Shown in pieces: positions 37,465-46,598 of a stretch of 64,000 bases of DNA (the first letter of the stretch is position 1; the number at the start of each line of letters is the position of its first letter). A model generated the notes under the pieces. The model did no database searches, had not been told where the DNA came from, and saw only the letters and a list, made by a program, of their open reading frames with translations. This DNA is from a virus: the IMG/VR virus record IMGVR_UViG_3300036832_001373, positions 1 to 64,000 of that record; one strand, given 5' to 3'. The position numbers and the translations under genes are program-made.

Positions 37465-37854
37465 TAGTCTAGCATCTGCCACCCAAACCGCAAATGCTAG
37501 ACTGGGGGAGTGAGTGGTTTATCTCCATTTTCCGCTCACTCCTCCGACCATAGCCCAGCATGCAGGTGGCTTATAATAACAGCGTGCAGTCTGGTAGGAG
37601 ACGGGTTTTGCTATGTTCCCGGACTTTCTCTGGATGCGACACCTGAATTGTGGAGTCCCGATGGTCGGGCAACTCTGTGGACGTGGTGGATCCTGTCCAG
37701 ATTCTTCGGACCAGACAATTTATTAGGAAATTTAGTTTCTGTTCCCTGACGTGGTCAAGCTCGGCTACCAGACTTAATAGCCAGGCTCTCTAGACCCGGC
37801 CACGAGCAGGCGGGACGACTCTGGGTTGTTCTCCTATCTCTCCGAGTCGTCCCG
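37465..37854 (+). ncRNA. About 390-nt structured non-coding RNA candidate
   Basis: Hairpins 37465-37504, 37504-37545, 37811-37854; long-range pair AGTCTGGTAG (37588-37597)/CTACCAGACT (37765-37774). Confidence 0.5.
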
Positions 37855-39238
37855 AGATCTCTTTATCAAAGGAGTTAGAACAATGGAGTCTCTCTTAGGC
37901 TATATGATTAGTTTCGAAACCTGGAAGAAGTATATCAGACTTTCAACGGGTAGTGATGATATGAAATCTAGAGTCATTTCTTTCGTTGTACTACTATTTA
38001 ATAAACCAGAATTTCTTGATTCTCTTAAACTTGGTTTGTCATTCGGTGAGTTTATAGAGACTCTTTCGTATGAAGAACTAATTGACTTTGAGAAAACTAT
38101 TCTACTTGCTCGTAACTTGAATAATGTTCCAATAGTCCAAATTGGAAGTGAAAAGATTAACTAGCTAGAAAGGTTGACAAGCTATGACAGCAGCTAACTA
38201 CACAGTTAAAGAAGTAGTGCGTATCGCTAGAAAGTATCTTAGCGAAGACAGTCTTAGAAAGATGGTTGAAGAACTTCTTAGAGTTGAAGGGAATACTTCT
38301 TTCAAGCAAACTATCAAAATGCTACACAGGGAGCTGATGTAAAGATGCAGAAGAGGGCTATTATAGGAGCCTGCGATTGTTGCGATGAACCATACGTTGT
38401 ACTTCGCAGAACTATAGCATATGGAATCGAGACTTACGCATGTGCAGTATGTCATGGGCACGACAAGGATGAGTTTGATTGTGATCTCGAAGAACTGGAG
38501 GAAATCGTATGAGTAGTGATACTGATCACAGTATAGAATGGAAACCATACGATGAAATATGTACAGAGATTTACTTTGACGGAGCAATGGTTGGATTTAT
38601 GATGAAACGTCCAGGTTACTGTGACCGAGGTCGCTGGACAATTGATATCCAGATATATAAAATGTTTAATGGATTTATAGTACCTTTGATTGATGACGCC
38701 GACAAATTTCCTCGGTACTACATGAGAAAAGAAGTAGCTATATCAGAAACAGAAGAGTTTCTTAGATGGAGATTTTCGAAGGAGATGGGTCATGATCAAA
38801 AGACCAGTTTATCCAATCAACCAGAAGTCTTGGTTTCCGATTAGAGTTAAGTATGAAGACGAGGAGAAGGCTTGTATGGTCTCTTCCCCCTACCATCTTA
38901 GAGATGGAGTAGGGTTCAAAGTTCTAGCTGTAAGAGTTGTATCAGAAGATAGGAGCTAACTTGACCGAATCTTGGTATGCTATTCAACATAAAAAGACAG
39001 GTCAATTCTTAGGAATAACTGTTTCAGGAAACGGAGAAGCAGAGTTCTGCAACAGTTACAATTGCTATTTTACTGATTGCGAACCTCCGCATTTATTTGA
39101 GAAAAGAACGTATGCTGAGGAAGCTTTAACTGAAGATACTAAATGGTATAATACCGGATTGTGTTGTCCAGGTTGGAGGGACCCTTTCGATAGAGAAGAC
39201 TACAAAGTAGTTAAGATATCTCTTAAGGAGGAAAAGAG

Positions 39239-40822
39239 TTGAGAGAAGTATCAGTTTCAGTCCAAGGGCTTAGTGCTACACTCCATGCTGGAGTTATAGA
39301 TACTGAGCTAATGGCTACCTACGAGTTTAAAGAAAGAATCTATGGAGGACGAAGAAACGGTAGATTTAGAGATGTAGTTTCAGAAGAACCAATTTTTATA
39401 AGAAACGGTAAATACATACGATGTGGAATTGGAGCTATATTGTTTCTAGCAAGAAACAATCCGTTCCTTTCGTTTAATTTTACAGAGATCCTACCTGAGC
39501 GTAAACCTCTACCTAAGATGGAGATTCCGCAAAAGGTGTTAGATTCTCCAAAATGGAAGGTTAATGGAAAAGAACGATGGTATTTTCACGAGGCGCTAGA
39601 AGCCTGTAGCAAGAACCATAGTGGTACTATAAAATTGCCAACAGGTTCGGGCAAAACGGTAATCGAGCTTACGTTGGCTTATAATCAGCTACGAGAGATC
39701 GGTAGTGGTCTCATTATTGTACCAACGAATACGATTAAGGATCAATTTCTTAAATCCGCCAGCCAATTCGGCATAGAGCTAAGAGATTATAGAGAGTGGT
39801 TGTGTGATTTTGAGTCTGACAAAAAGTCTATAATAATATCATTACCTATAGTACTATACAACGATATAACATCTTCTACTTTAGACCCTAAAATTAAAGA
39901 AAAACTATTGAGTATACAATGGATCATCGGGGATGAAGTTCATCACGCAGGGTGTGAAACATGGAACGGAATATTTATGGGACTTCCAAACCTAAGCCGA
40001 GGATATGGTATGTCTGCATTGCCTGTAACAGAAAGTTTACAACAATCAGTGAACTTTTCAAGTGTTTCCCTGGAGGATGCCCTAACGATATCAACGGTGG
40101 GCCCTGTAATTTACGAAAAGTCGACGAAGGAGTTAAAAGATTTTCTAAATATTCCAAGTCTAATAAATTTTAAGTATACTTGGCCTAAAGATCGTTGGCC
40201 AGATCAACAAACAGACGATTGGCATAAACTAAGACAACTTCAGCATAAGAATACAGAACGACTAGAAGTAATTGCTAATGTAATTAGAATTTTAATCGAA
40301 AGAAAATATAGAACGATTATACATGTTGGTGAGAAGAAGCTCGGAACTGAATTACTAAAACTAGTTAACAGTGATAAATGCGCTACGTGGTATGGCGGTG
40401 GAGAAGTAGAAGTTTCTGAAGAACTCTATAGAAAGATAATGGAGGCTGAAGGTGTGGATTTGAGAGGATCAATGCCTAAAATCTCGACCGACCTTCTTCG
40501 AAAGTACCTGGGAACTCTGATTTTTGGGACCATAGGAACTTCACATTTGATTGAAGGTTTGGACTTAGATAGTCCTTTGAATGCTTTAGTTTTAGTTGAG
40601 GGAAAGAAAGCTAGACAGATTCTACAAAAATGTGGAAGAATTGTTCGTCCAGATGTGAAACCGTCTATTATAGTTAACATTATGGACGAGGGTCTTTGGA
40701 TTTTACCGAAACACAGCAAGGAAAGGAAAGACTGGATTCAATCAGAGTTTGACACTGACACGTACAATGCCCAGAGTTTAAGCCACTTGGAGACTATACT
40801 AGCTATGATCGAAAAACGATGA
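39239..40822 (+). CDS. Superfamily 2 DNA helicase (UvsW-like)
   Basis: LPTGSGKT, DEVHH, EGLD, Q.CGRIVR. Confidence 0.88.
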   Translation: MREVSVSVQGLSATLHAGVIDTELMATYEFKERIYGGRRNGRFRDVVSEEPIFIRNGKYIRCGIGAILFLARNNPFLSFNFTEILPERKPLPKMEIPQKVLDSPKWKVNGKERWYFHEALEACSKNHSGTIKLPTGSGKTVIELTLAYNQLREIGSGLIIVPTNTIKDQFLKSASQFGIELRDYREWLCDFESDKKSIIISLPIVLYNDITSSTLDPKIKEKLLSIQWIIGDEVHHAGCETWNGIFMGLPNLSRGYGMSALPVTESLQQSVNFSSVSLEDALTISTVGPVIYEKSTKELKDFLNIPSLINFKYTWPKDRWPDQQTDDWHKLRQLQHKNTERLEVIANVIRILIERKYRTIIHVGEKKLGTELLKLVNSDKCATWYGGGEVEVSEELYRKIMEAEGVDLRGSMPKISTDLLRKYLGTLIFGTIGTSHLIEGLDLDSPLNALVLVEGKKARQILQKCGRIVRPDVKPSIIVNIMDEGLWILPKHSKERKDWIQSEFDTDTYNAQSLSHLETILAMIEKR

Positions 40823-41295
40823 ACGAGGTCCTTAACAAGAAGAAGGTTGCATCTCTGGTGAGACTTCTGTCTTCAGAAAACGAAGGAGAAACTATAGCTT
40901 GTGTCAGAGCCTTGCGTAAAACTTGTTCCTTAGTTGACCTAGGAAACTTGATCGAAGAAAGTGATAGGAGTAGTCTAGCAAAGAAGGATATGCAGTACCT
41001 TTACGACTCAGGGTATAAAGATGGCTTTGAGAAAGGCAAGGAAGAGGGATACAAGCTAGGTTTAGCTGAGAGTCAGAAAACTTACTATCGAGGGAGTCAG
41101 TTTGGAGACGTATATGATAATAGTCTAGAGGAACAAAGAGTAATCTATTGTAGTGACCGAAAGCGTAACCTTAAAGCGCAAGAACAAGACTTCATAGACA
41201 GTTGTGTACACAGAGTTTCAGTCATGAAGAAGTCGTTGACACCGGCACAAGCCGGTTGGCTTAACAGTATCTACAGAAGACTAGGTGGACCTTAA
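40819..41295 (+). CDS. Hypothetical phage protein
   Basis: LVRLLSS..EGE...; EQDFI......LTPAQ..WL..IY. Confidence 0.65.
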   Translation: MNEVLNKKKVASLVRLLSSENEGETIACVRALRKTCSLVDLGNLIEESDRSSLAKKDMQYLYDSGYKDGFEKGKEEGYKLGLAESQKTYYRGSQFGDVYDNSLEEQRVIYCSDRKRNLKAQEQDFIDSCVHRVSVMKKSLTPAQAGWLNSIYRRLGGP

Positions 41296-41315
41296 GGAAA
41301 CTTCTAACGAAGAAA

Positions 41316-41612
41316 GTGGAGGAAATCAAAGTGAGGACGATGACACAGTACACACATTATAACTTCAAGGATCGTGACCCAATTTTCGATAGACTCTTCG
41401 CTATCATTGACGGTCACGGACTTTCCTTGAAGCAAGTAGCTGACGCATCAGGAGTAACATACCAAACTCTCAGAAACTGGCAATCTGGAAAGACACGTAA
41501 CGCTTACTACGCCAGTATTGCTAGAGTGGTTATCGGACTCCGAAAGTGGGACTTCAAGTTAATTGATGAGGATACTCGTCGAGGTGAGCTCAGAGTAGTA
41601 AAGGCAGCCTAA
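41316..41612 (+). CDS. XRE-family HTH regulator
   Basis: LSLKQVADASGVTYQTLRNWQSG. Confidence 0.85.
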   Translation: MEEIKVRTMTQYTHYNFKDRDPIFDRLFAIIDGHGLSLKQVADASGVTYQTLRNWQSGKTRNAYYASIARVVIGLRKWDFKLIDEDTRRGELRVVKAA

Positions 41613-41796
41613 TGACCTACAAAGAGATCATAGCTAAGAACTCTATGCATCCTCTAGAAGCAGAAAGTATTATCCAAAGATTTAGAAATAGAGAGAAAGT
41701 CTTAATGGCTGAAAGAACTCAGCAGATCGAGGATGGTTTACGTCACGAAACTGAATCCGCTAGAAAGGACCGAGAAATTCTCGGTGAGCATTACAA

Positions 41797-42093
41797 ATGA
41801 GTGGAAAGATCCTAAAAAGAAAGCCTAACCAAAACTCACAGGTCTTTAACATATCTAAGAGAGCTTCTAAAACAAGAATACCCTCTAACTTCGAGTCTAC
41901 TATGGATATTAAACTTGGATCACTTATAGGTCTTCGCACTGGATCTTACGATGATTTAATCAAACTCGGTAGAAACCAGTGTAGATATCCTATAGAAAAT
42001 AACTTTTGTGGGAATAAGTCTGTAGATGGAAAACCCTACTGTGAGGAACATTGTAGGATAGCTTACACTAAAGGTCAACCTAGGAAGGTTTAA
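41797..42093 (+). CDS. gcrA: GcrA-like protein (C-terminal domain only)
   Basis: L..L..NQCRYPI...FCG.....KPYCEEHCRIAY matches the GcrA C-terminal signature. Confidence 0.75.
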   Translation: MSGKILKRKPNQNSQVFNISKRASKTRIPSNFESTMDIKLGSLIGLRTGSYDDLIKLGRNQCRYPIENNFCGNKSVDGKPYCEEHCRIAYTKGQPRKV

Positions 42094-42464
42094 TGCGTCC
42101 TCTTATAATTGATGGAGTAGCTAGAGCTAAGATAGCTCACGTTAAGAGTTACGCCGAGGAAAATCCATATTACCCTGGAGCTACAGGTATACCTGGAGAT
42201 GACGAGAAATATGTAGCTCGTTTAGGTACTTTTAGGTGTGTATTTACTCATACTCATCACAAAGGTAACGTATACCGTCACTTAACTATATCAGTGCCAA
42301 GTGCTAAGTACCCAAACCCAGTAGCCGCTTTTATTATAGCACAAGAGTTTGGATTTATAGGATGGGATGGTGAAACTGTTGATAGAGCACCAGACACTTG
42401 GTCGATAGATGTGAATAAAAAGGAGCATTGTATCGTTCTTGTACAGGAGGTCAAAGAAGAATGA
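42093..42464 (+). CDS. Hypothetical phage protein
   Basis: RHLTISV....PNP motif. Confidence 0.6.
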   Translation: MRPLIIDGVARAKIAHVKSYAEENPYYPGATGIPGDDEKYVARLGTFRCVFTHTHHKGNVYRHLTISVPSAKYPNPVAAFIIAQEFGFIGWDGETVDRAPDTWSIDVNKKEHCIVLVQEVKEE

Positions 42465-43780
42465 AAAATCTAAGACTAGCAATCTCAGCAGATTGGCACC
42501 TTTCAGACTGGAGTCAGTTCTCAGAAATTGACGGTACAGGACGTCCAAGTCGTCTACTCCAGTATAATGAACTTGCTAAAGATTTTGTAAAGTTTGCTAA
42601 GGACAATAAAGCTGATTGTGCAATTATAGCTGGAGATATTGTTGACCAGTTTGGTGTTCTAAAGCCTATGGTATCTGACGTTCTAGATTCAGTAATTACC
42701 ACTATAAGTGAGAAATTTCCTCTATTTATAACTCATGGTCAGCACGATATAAATACAAAATCCGAAGAGATAGCTAGTTACCACAGTGCTCTTTCTAGAT
42801 TTAAAAGTAAGAACAATGTAAGTTATGCGAGCGTCCCTGTTCAATATACTATTGATAAGTATACATTATTAATAGCTCCATGGAACTCAGAACATAGTAT
42901 ACCAACTGATTTAGTTGGTGATATTTTTATAGGACATGGTGCAGTTCAAGGATCTACTAATCTTGAAGGGTATAAGTTTAGCTCAGGATTCAATCAAGAA
43001 GAATTATTCAAAAGATTTAGATTATCTATTATTGGTGACATTCACAATGGGCAGGTTTTTAGAAATACTGAAGAAAGAAAGATACTCATTCCTGGAACTC
43101 CTATTCAGTTTAATTATAAAGATAGTCCAGTATGTGGATTTTGGTTATGTGAACTCATGCCAGGAGATGTGAACTGTGAGTTTGTTCCTATTGAACGCAT
43201 TCATCCTGATTTCTATCATAGGTTTCTGCTTACTACTGACGAGAAAGCTACCTCCTCAAGACTAATTCATTATAGATATAAACCAGAAAAAGTTTCAAAA
43301 GAAAAGATCTCTAAGTCTGAGTTCAAACGAGATACAACTTCTATAATAGATATAGGTTTAGAAATTATTAAGCAATCTAAGATTTCTAATCAAGATGAAA
43401 TTGCTAAACAGTTTAGATCATTAATGGATGGACTATCTTCCTCTGATAGAAAAGTTCCTAGGTCAAGACTTCTGTATCTCAATATACAAGGATTTCTTTC
43501 AATCGAAGAGTTGTCTCTAGAGATGAAAGAATTTCCAGATAACTTAGTCCTTGTAGGTAAAAACGGACATGGTAAAACTGCCTTAGTTGAAGCTATTTAT
43601 TGGGCTCTTTGCGGTAAAACAACTAAGGGAGTTTCAGCCAATGATATTATAAATTGGTATGGAAATGGGGAATGCGTGGTAAAACTGGGTATTGAAGTAG
43701 AAGGAGTTATATATCAGATTACTAGATGGAGAAAGAATGGCGTTCCTGGTTTAGAACTTAACGTTTGGAGTCCAGACTAA
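42461..43780 (+). CDS. sbcD: SbcD/Mre11 phosphoesterase fused to SbcC/Rad50 N-terminal Walker A half
   Basis: ADWH, AGD, GQHD, GHG, GDIH, PG.P.Q; then IQGFLSI...GKNGHGKTALVEAIYWAL.GKT. Confidence 0.85.
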   Translation: MKNLRLAISADWHLSDWSQFSEIDGTGRPSRLLQYNELAKDFVKFAKDNKADCAIIAGDIVDQFGVLKPMVSDVLDSVITTISEKFPLFITHGQHDINTKSEEIASYHSALSRFKSKNNVSYASVPVQYTIDKYTLLIAPWNSEHSIPTDLVGDIFIGHGAVQGSTNLEGYKFSSGFNQEELFKRFRLSIIGDIHNGQVFRNTEERKILIPGTPIQFNYKDSPVCGFWLCELMPGDVNCEFVPIERIHPDFYHRFLLTTDEKATSSRLIHYRYKPEKVSKEKISKSEFKRDTTSIIDIGLEIIKQSKISNQDEIAKQFRSLMDGLSSSDRKVPRSRLLYLNIQGFLSIEELSLEMKEFPDNLVLVGKNGHGKTALVEAIYWALCGKTTKGVSANDIINWYGNGECVVKLGIEVEGVIYQITRWRKNGVPGLELNVWSPD

Positions 43781-44487
43781 TGAGAAAAGAATGGAAAAAT
43801 CAACAATATCAATTAGTCCTTGATAAATGGGAAGAAGACTACATAATAAAACTATACACAGAAGATAATTTAAGTCCGTACACTATTTCAGATAAACTAA
43901 AGTCAGAAAAAACTTTTGGAGAAAATCCTCCGGGTAAAAGTTGGATAACAAATTTCCTCACTAGAAAAATGGTATGGACTGGATCGAAGTCAGGTCGTCC
44001 CAAAAGTAAATCCCACAGAGAAAGTATTTCTATAGCTACCATTCAGAGATACTCTGATCCGGAACAAAGAAAAGTAACATCAGAGGCTAAAATTGAATTT
44101 TACTCAAGTCCTGAGAATAGAAAACTCCAAAGTGATAGGATGAGGAAGTCTATTGAAAATGGATTTACACCCTACTTATCAAAAGGGGAATTTTTAGTAA
44201 AAGAGTTTTTAATGGAAAAAGGATTTAGACATCAGTATACATTTATTACAAGTAGATCAGAAGAAGGATTTCAAAAATCTAATTTTAGATTAGATTTCTA
44301 TCATCCAGAGTTAAGAATAAATATTGAAATAGATGGAGTATCTCATGAATGGAACAATGTTATAGAAAAAGATTTAGAGAAAGATCTAATTCTTAGATCC
44401 CTCGGAGTTAGAGTATTCAGAGTTAAAGAAGATTCAAATTTGAGATCAAATATAGAACGCTTAATAAATCAAGAACTAGGAGATTGA
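43765..44487 (+). CDS. Homing endonuclease (NUMOD-like repeats plus Vsr/DUF559-like) inserted in sbcC (likely start 43780)
   Basis: SHRESIS repeats; RLDF.....NIEIDGVSH....D.EKD..L...G.RVFR; TAATG overlap with upstream stop. Confidence 0.8.
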   Translation: MESRLMRKEWKNQQYQLVLDKWEEDYIIKLYTEDNLSPYTISDKLKSEKTFGENPPGKSWITNFLTRKMVWTGSKSGRPKSKSHRESISIATIQRYSDPEQRKVTSEAKIEFYSSPENRKLQSDRMRKSIENGFTPYLSKGEFLVKEFLMEKGFRHQYTFITSRSEEGFQKSNFRLDFYHPELRINIEIDGVSHEWNNVIEKDLEKDLILRSLGVRVFRVKEDSNLRSNIERLINQELGD

Positions 44488-45935
44488 CTATGGGATGGAA
44501 ACCTTACACAAGTAATACTACATCAGGTACTCAAGATACGATTCATGAACTTTTAGGTCTTTCTCAAGATGAGATTAAGCTTTTGTCTTACTTCTCGGCT
44601 AAAGCTCCGTCACTTTATGGAACATTGACCAAGTCAACAAGATACGATCTCATTTCAACTATAGCAGGTATGAGCGATGTAGATAAAGCTAGAGATATTA
44701 TAACAGATCTTCATGCTAAGACTTCAAGAGAACGTATTACTTCAGAGTCAGCTATATCTACACTTAAAAATGTCGAGGCCTCAAGTAAAGCTCGTATAAA
44801 AGACTTTCTTTCTAGAAAGGACACGAGAGTTTCAGTTAATACTCAAGCAATAGAGTCTCTTAAGCTAGAAGCTGAGGAGCAAATTAAAAAGTCTAGAGAT
44901 GAAAAAGAATTACGAGAGCTTATCGGAGAATGCTATAAAAAGTATAATGAATATCAGAGGGAACTCTCTAAACTTAATACGTCAGTACATCAATTAAACT
45001 TTGAATACGAAAGTATAAACTCGTCAATAACATCTAATCGAGATAAGTTAAAGAAGGCTTTGCAGGGAAAATGTCCAACTTGTGGCCAGTCACTTCATGA
45101 TGAAAACGTAGTAAACGATCTGACACACTTACTATCTCAACTTCAAGATAGACTTCCAGATATGAGTATTGCTTTTTCTCATAGAAAGAAGATTGGAGAT
45201 ATACAAGTCAATATTGAAGACAGTGAAGCTTTGAGAGCTCTTAGAGAGAAAGAACTTGAAAATCTTCAGTACTGGAAAGGTCAACTTTCTCTTTATGAGA
45301 AGAAACTCGCAGAAGTAAATAAGGAAAAAGTTGACTACGACTCGTTGATTAACGAAGAGATGAAAAATCGTGAGGAGTTGGAAAATAAAATTAAGTTAGA
45401 GGAATTTAAGCTTGAGGAAATCTCCGATAAAGAGTCAGCACAAAATTGGATAAAACTAACATTGCTCAAACGTAATGGTTTGTTGATAACTGAACTTTCT
45501 AAGCAAGGAAAGAAAATTCTCCAGGAACAGATTAACGAGTTAACGTATGGAGAAGATATTGAAGTTTTGGTTCAAGACGATCTTAGTGTCTCAGCTAAAT
45601 TTCTTAAGAGAAAAGAGGGAGACTATGAGTCACTGTCAACTGGCCAGTCCAGAGTTGTAGATATCGTAATGATGGTAGCGTTAAATAATGTCTTTATGAA
45701 ATTCTACGGACTAGAGACGGGACCGCTAGGATTAGTTATCTTTGACGAAGTATTGTCGTTCCTGGACGAAGAGTACGTAGACCTTTGTTATGAATTAATA
45801 CAGAAAACTAATGTGCCTAAGAGAATAGTAATTACTCATGATACCAAGCTAATAAGTAGATTCAATAGTCAAATAAACGTCTCCTTGAAAGGAGAAACTA
45901 GCTCTACCTACAAGAAAAACTGGAGTTCACAATGA
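44484..45935 (+). CDS. sbcC: SbcC/Rad50 C-terminal part (coiled coil, Zn hook, signature, Walker B); likely start 44490
   Basis: CPTCGQ hook, LSTGQ, VIFDE..SFLD, VITH. Confidence 0.88.
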   Translation: MTMGWKPYTSNTTSGTQDTIHELLGLSQDEIKLLSYFSAKAPSLYGTLTKSTRYDLISTIAGMSDVDKARDIITDLHAKTSRERITSESAISTLKNVEASSKARIKDFLSRKDTRVSVNTQAIESLKLEAEEQIKKSRDEKELRELIGECYKKYNEYQRELSKLNTSVHQLNFEYESINSSITSNRDKLKKALQGKCPTCGQSLHDENVVNDLTHLLSQLQDRLPDMSIAFSHRKKIGDIQVNIEDSEALRALREKELENLQYWKGQLSLYEKKLAEVNKEKVDYDSLINEEMKNREELENKIKLEEFKLEEISDKESAQNWIKLTLLKRNGLLITELSKQGKKILQEQINELTYGEDIEVLVQDDLSVSAKFLKRKEGDYESLSTGQSRVVDIVMMVALNNVFMKFYGLETGPLGLVIFDEVLSFLDEEYVDLCYELIQKTNVPKRIVITHDTKLISRFNSQINVSLKGETSSTYKKNWSSQ

Positions 45936-46189
45936 ACGATGTAGTACCGTTAAAACAAGAAACATCCTACAGAATCAAAACTAGAGTCAAGAGAGTCTTC
46001 CAGGAAGAGATCTACTCTAATTGGAGAAAGAACTCAGAAGGTAAACAAGAGTGTGATACTACTTATGGAGGATGGTTTATTTCTTTAGAAGGTAGTTATG
46101 AATCTCTTTTTCTTGGAGAAGAAAAGCCTACTCTGGAAGCTGGAATGGATGTGTACATTACAATAAGTAAAGCTAAATAGGAGGCCAAC

Positions 46190-46552
46190 TTGTCTAGGAA
46201 GTTCCTTCTAGGTCAGAATACGTCTGACGATCAACAGCCTACTCATCCTCTTCTAGGAATAAGATTTATACATCTGGAAAATGGAATAGAATTTATAGGG
46301 GAAATTACATCAATTTTTGATGGGGTAGCGACTATAGAGAATCCAATGTTAATAACAAAGGATAAGAATGTTCCTGGTAGATTAGAGCTCAAGAAATTTA
46401 ATACTATAAATCCCTTAGTAAGAGATGAGATGCAAGTCCCTACAGTGTGTATGACATTTTCTTTTAAACCAGCTGATATGGTGATTCAAAACTATGTTGC
46501 AGCTAGATCTGGTCTGGTATCAGCACAATCGGTTTCCCACCAACCGGTTTAG
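46190..46552 (+). CDS. Hypothetical phage protein
   Basis: AGGAGG RBS; I.L.NG.E.IG......I.NP motif. Confidence 0.6.
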   Translation: MSRKFLLGQNTSDDQQPTHPLLGIRFIHLENGIEFIGEITSIFDGVATIENPMLITKDKNVPGRLELKKFNTINPLVRDEMQVPTVCMTFSFKPADMVIQNYVAARSGLVSAQSVSHQPV

Positions 46553-46577
46553 GGTAACCAGGGGTTGGAACGTTAAC
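46550..46577 (+). promoter_or_regulatory. Phage promoter motif copy
   Basis: TAGGGTAACCAGGGGTTGGAACGTTAAC. Confidence 0.75.
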
Positions 46578-46598
46578 TCTTGAAAAGAAGAGGTTTAT

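Noticed and set aside
43765-44490. Group I intron or intein in sbcC
   Set aside because: No non-coding flanks for a ribozyme core; stop and start codons abut; no C/S...HN intein termini
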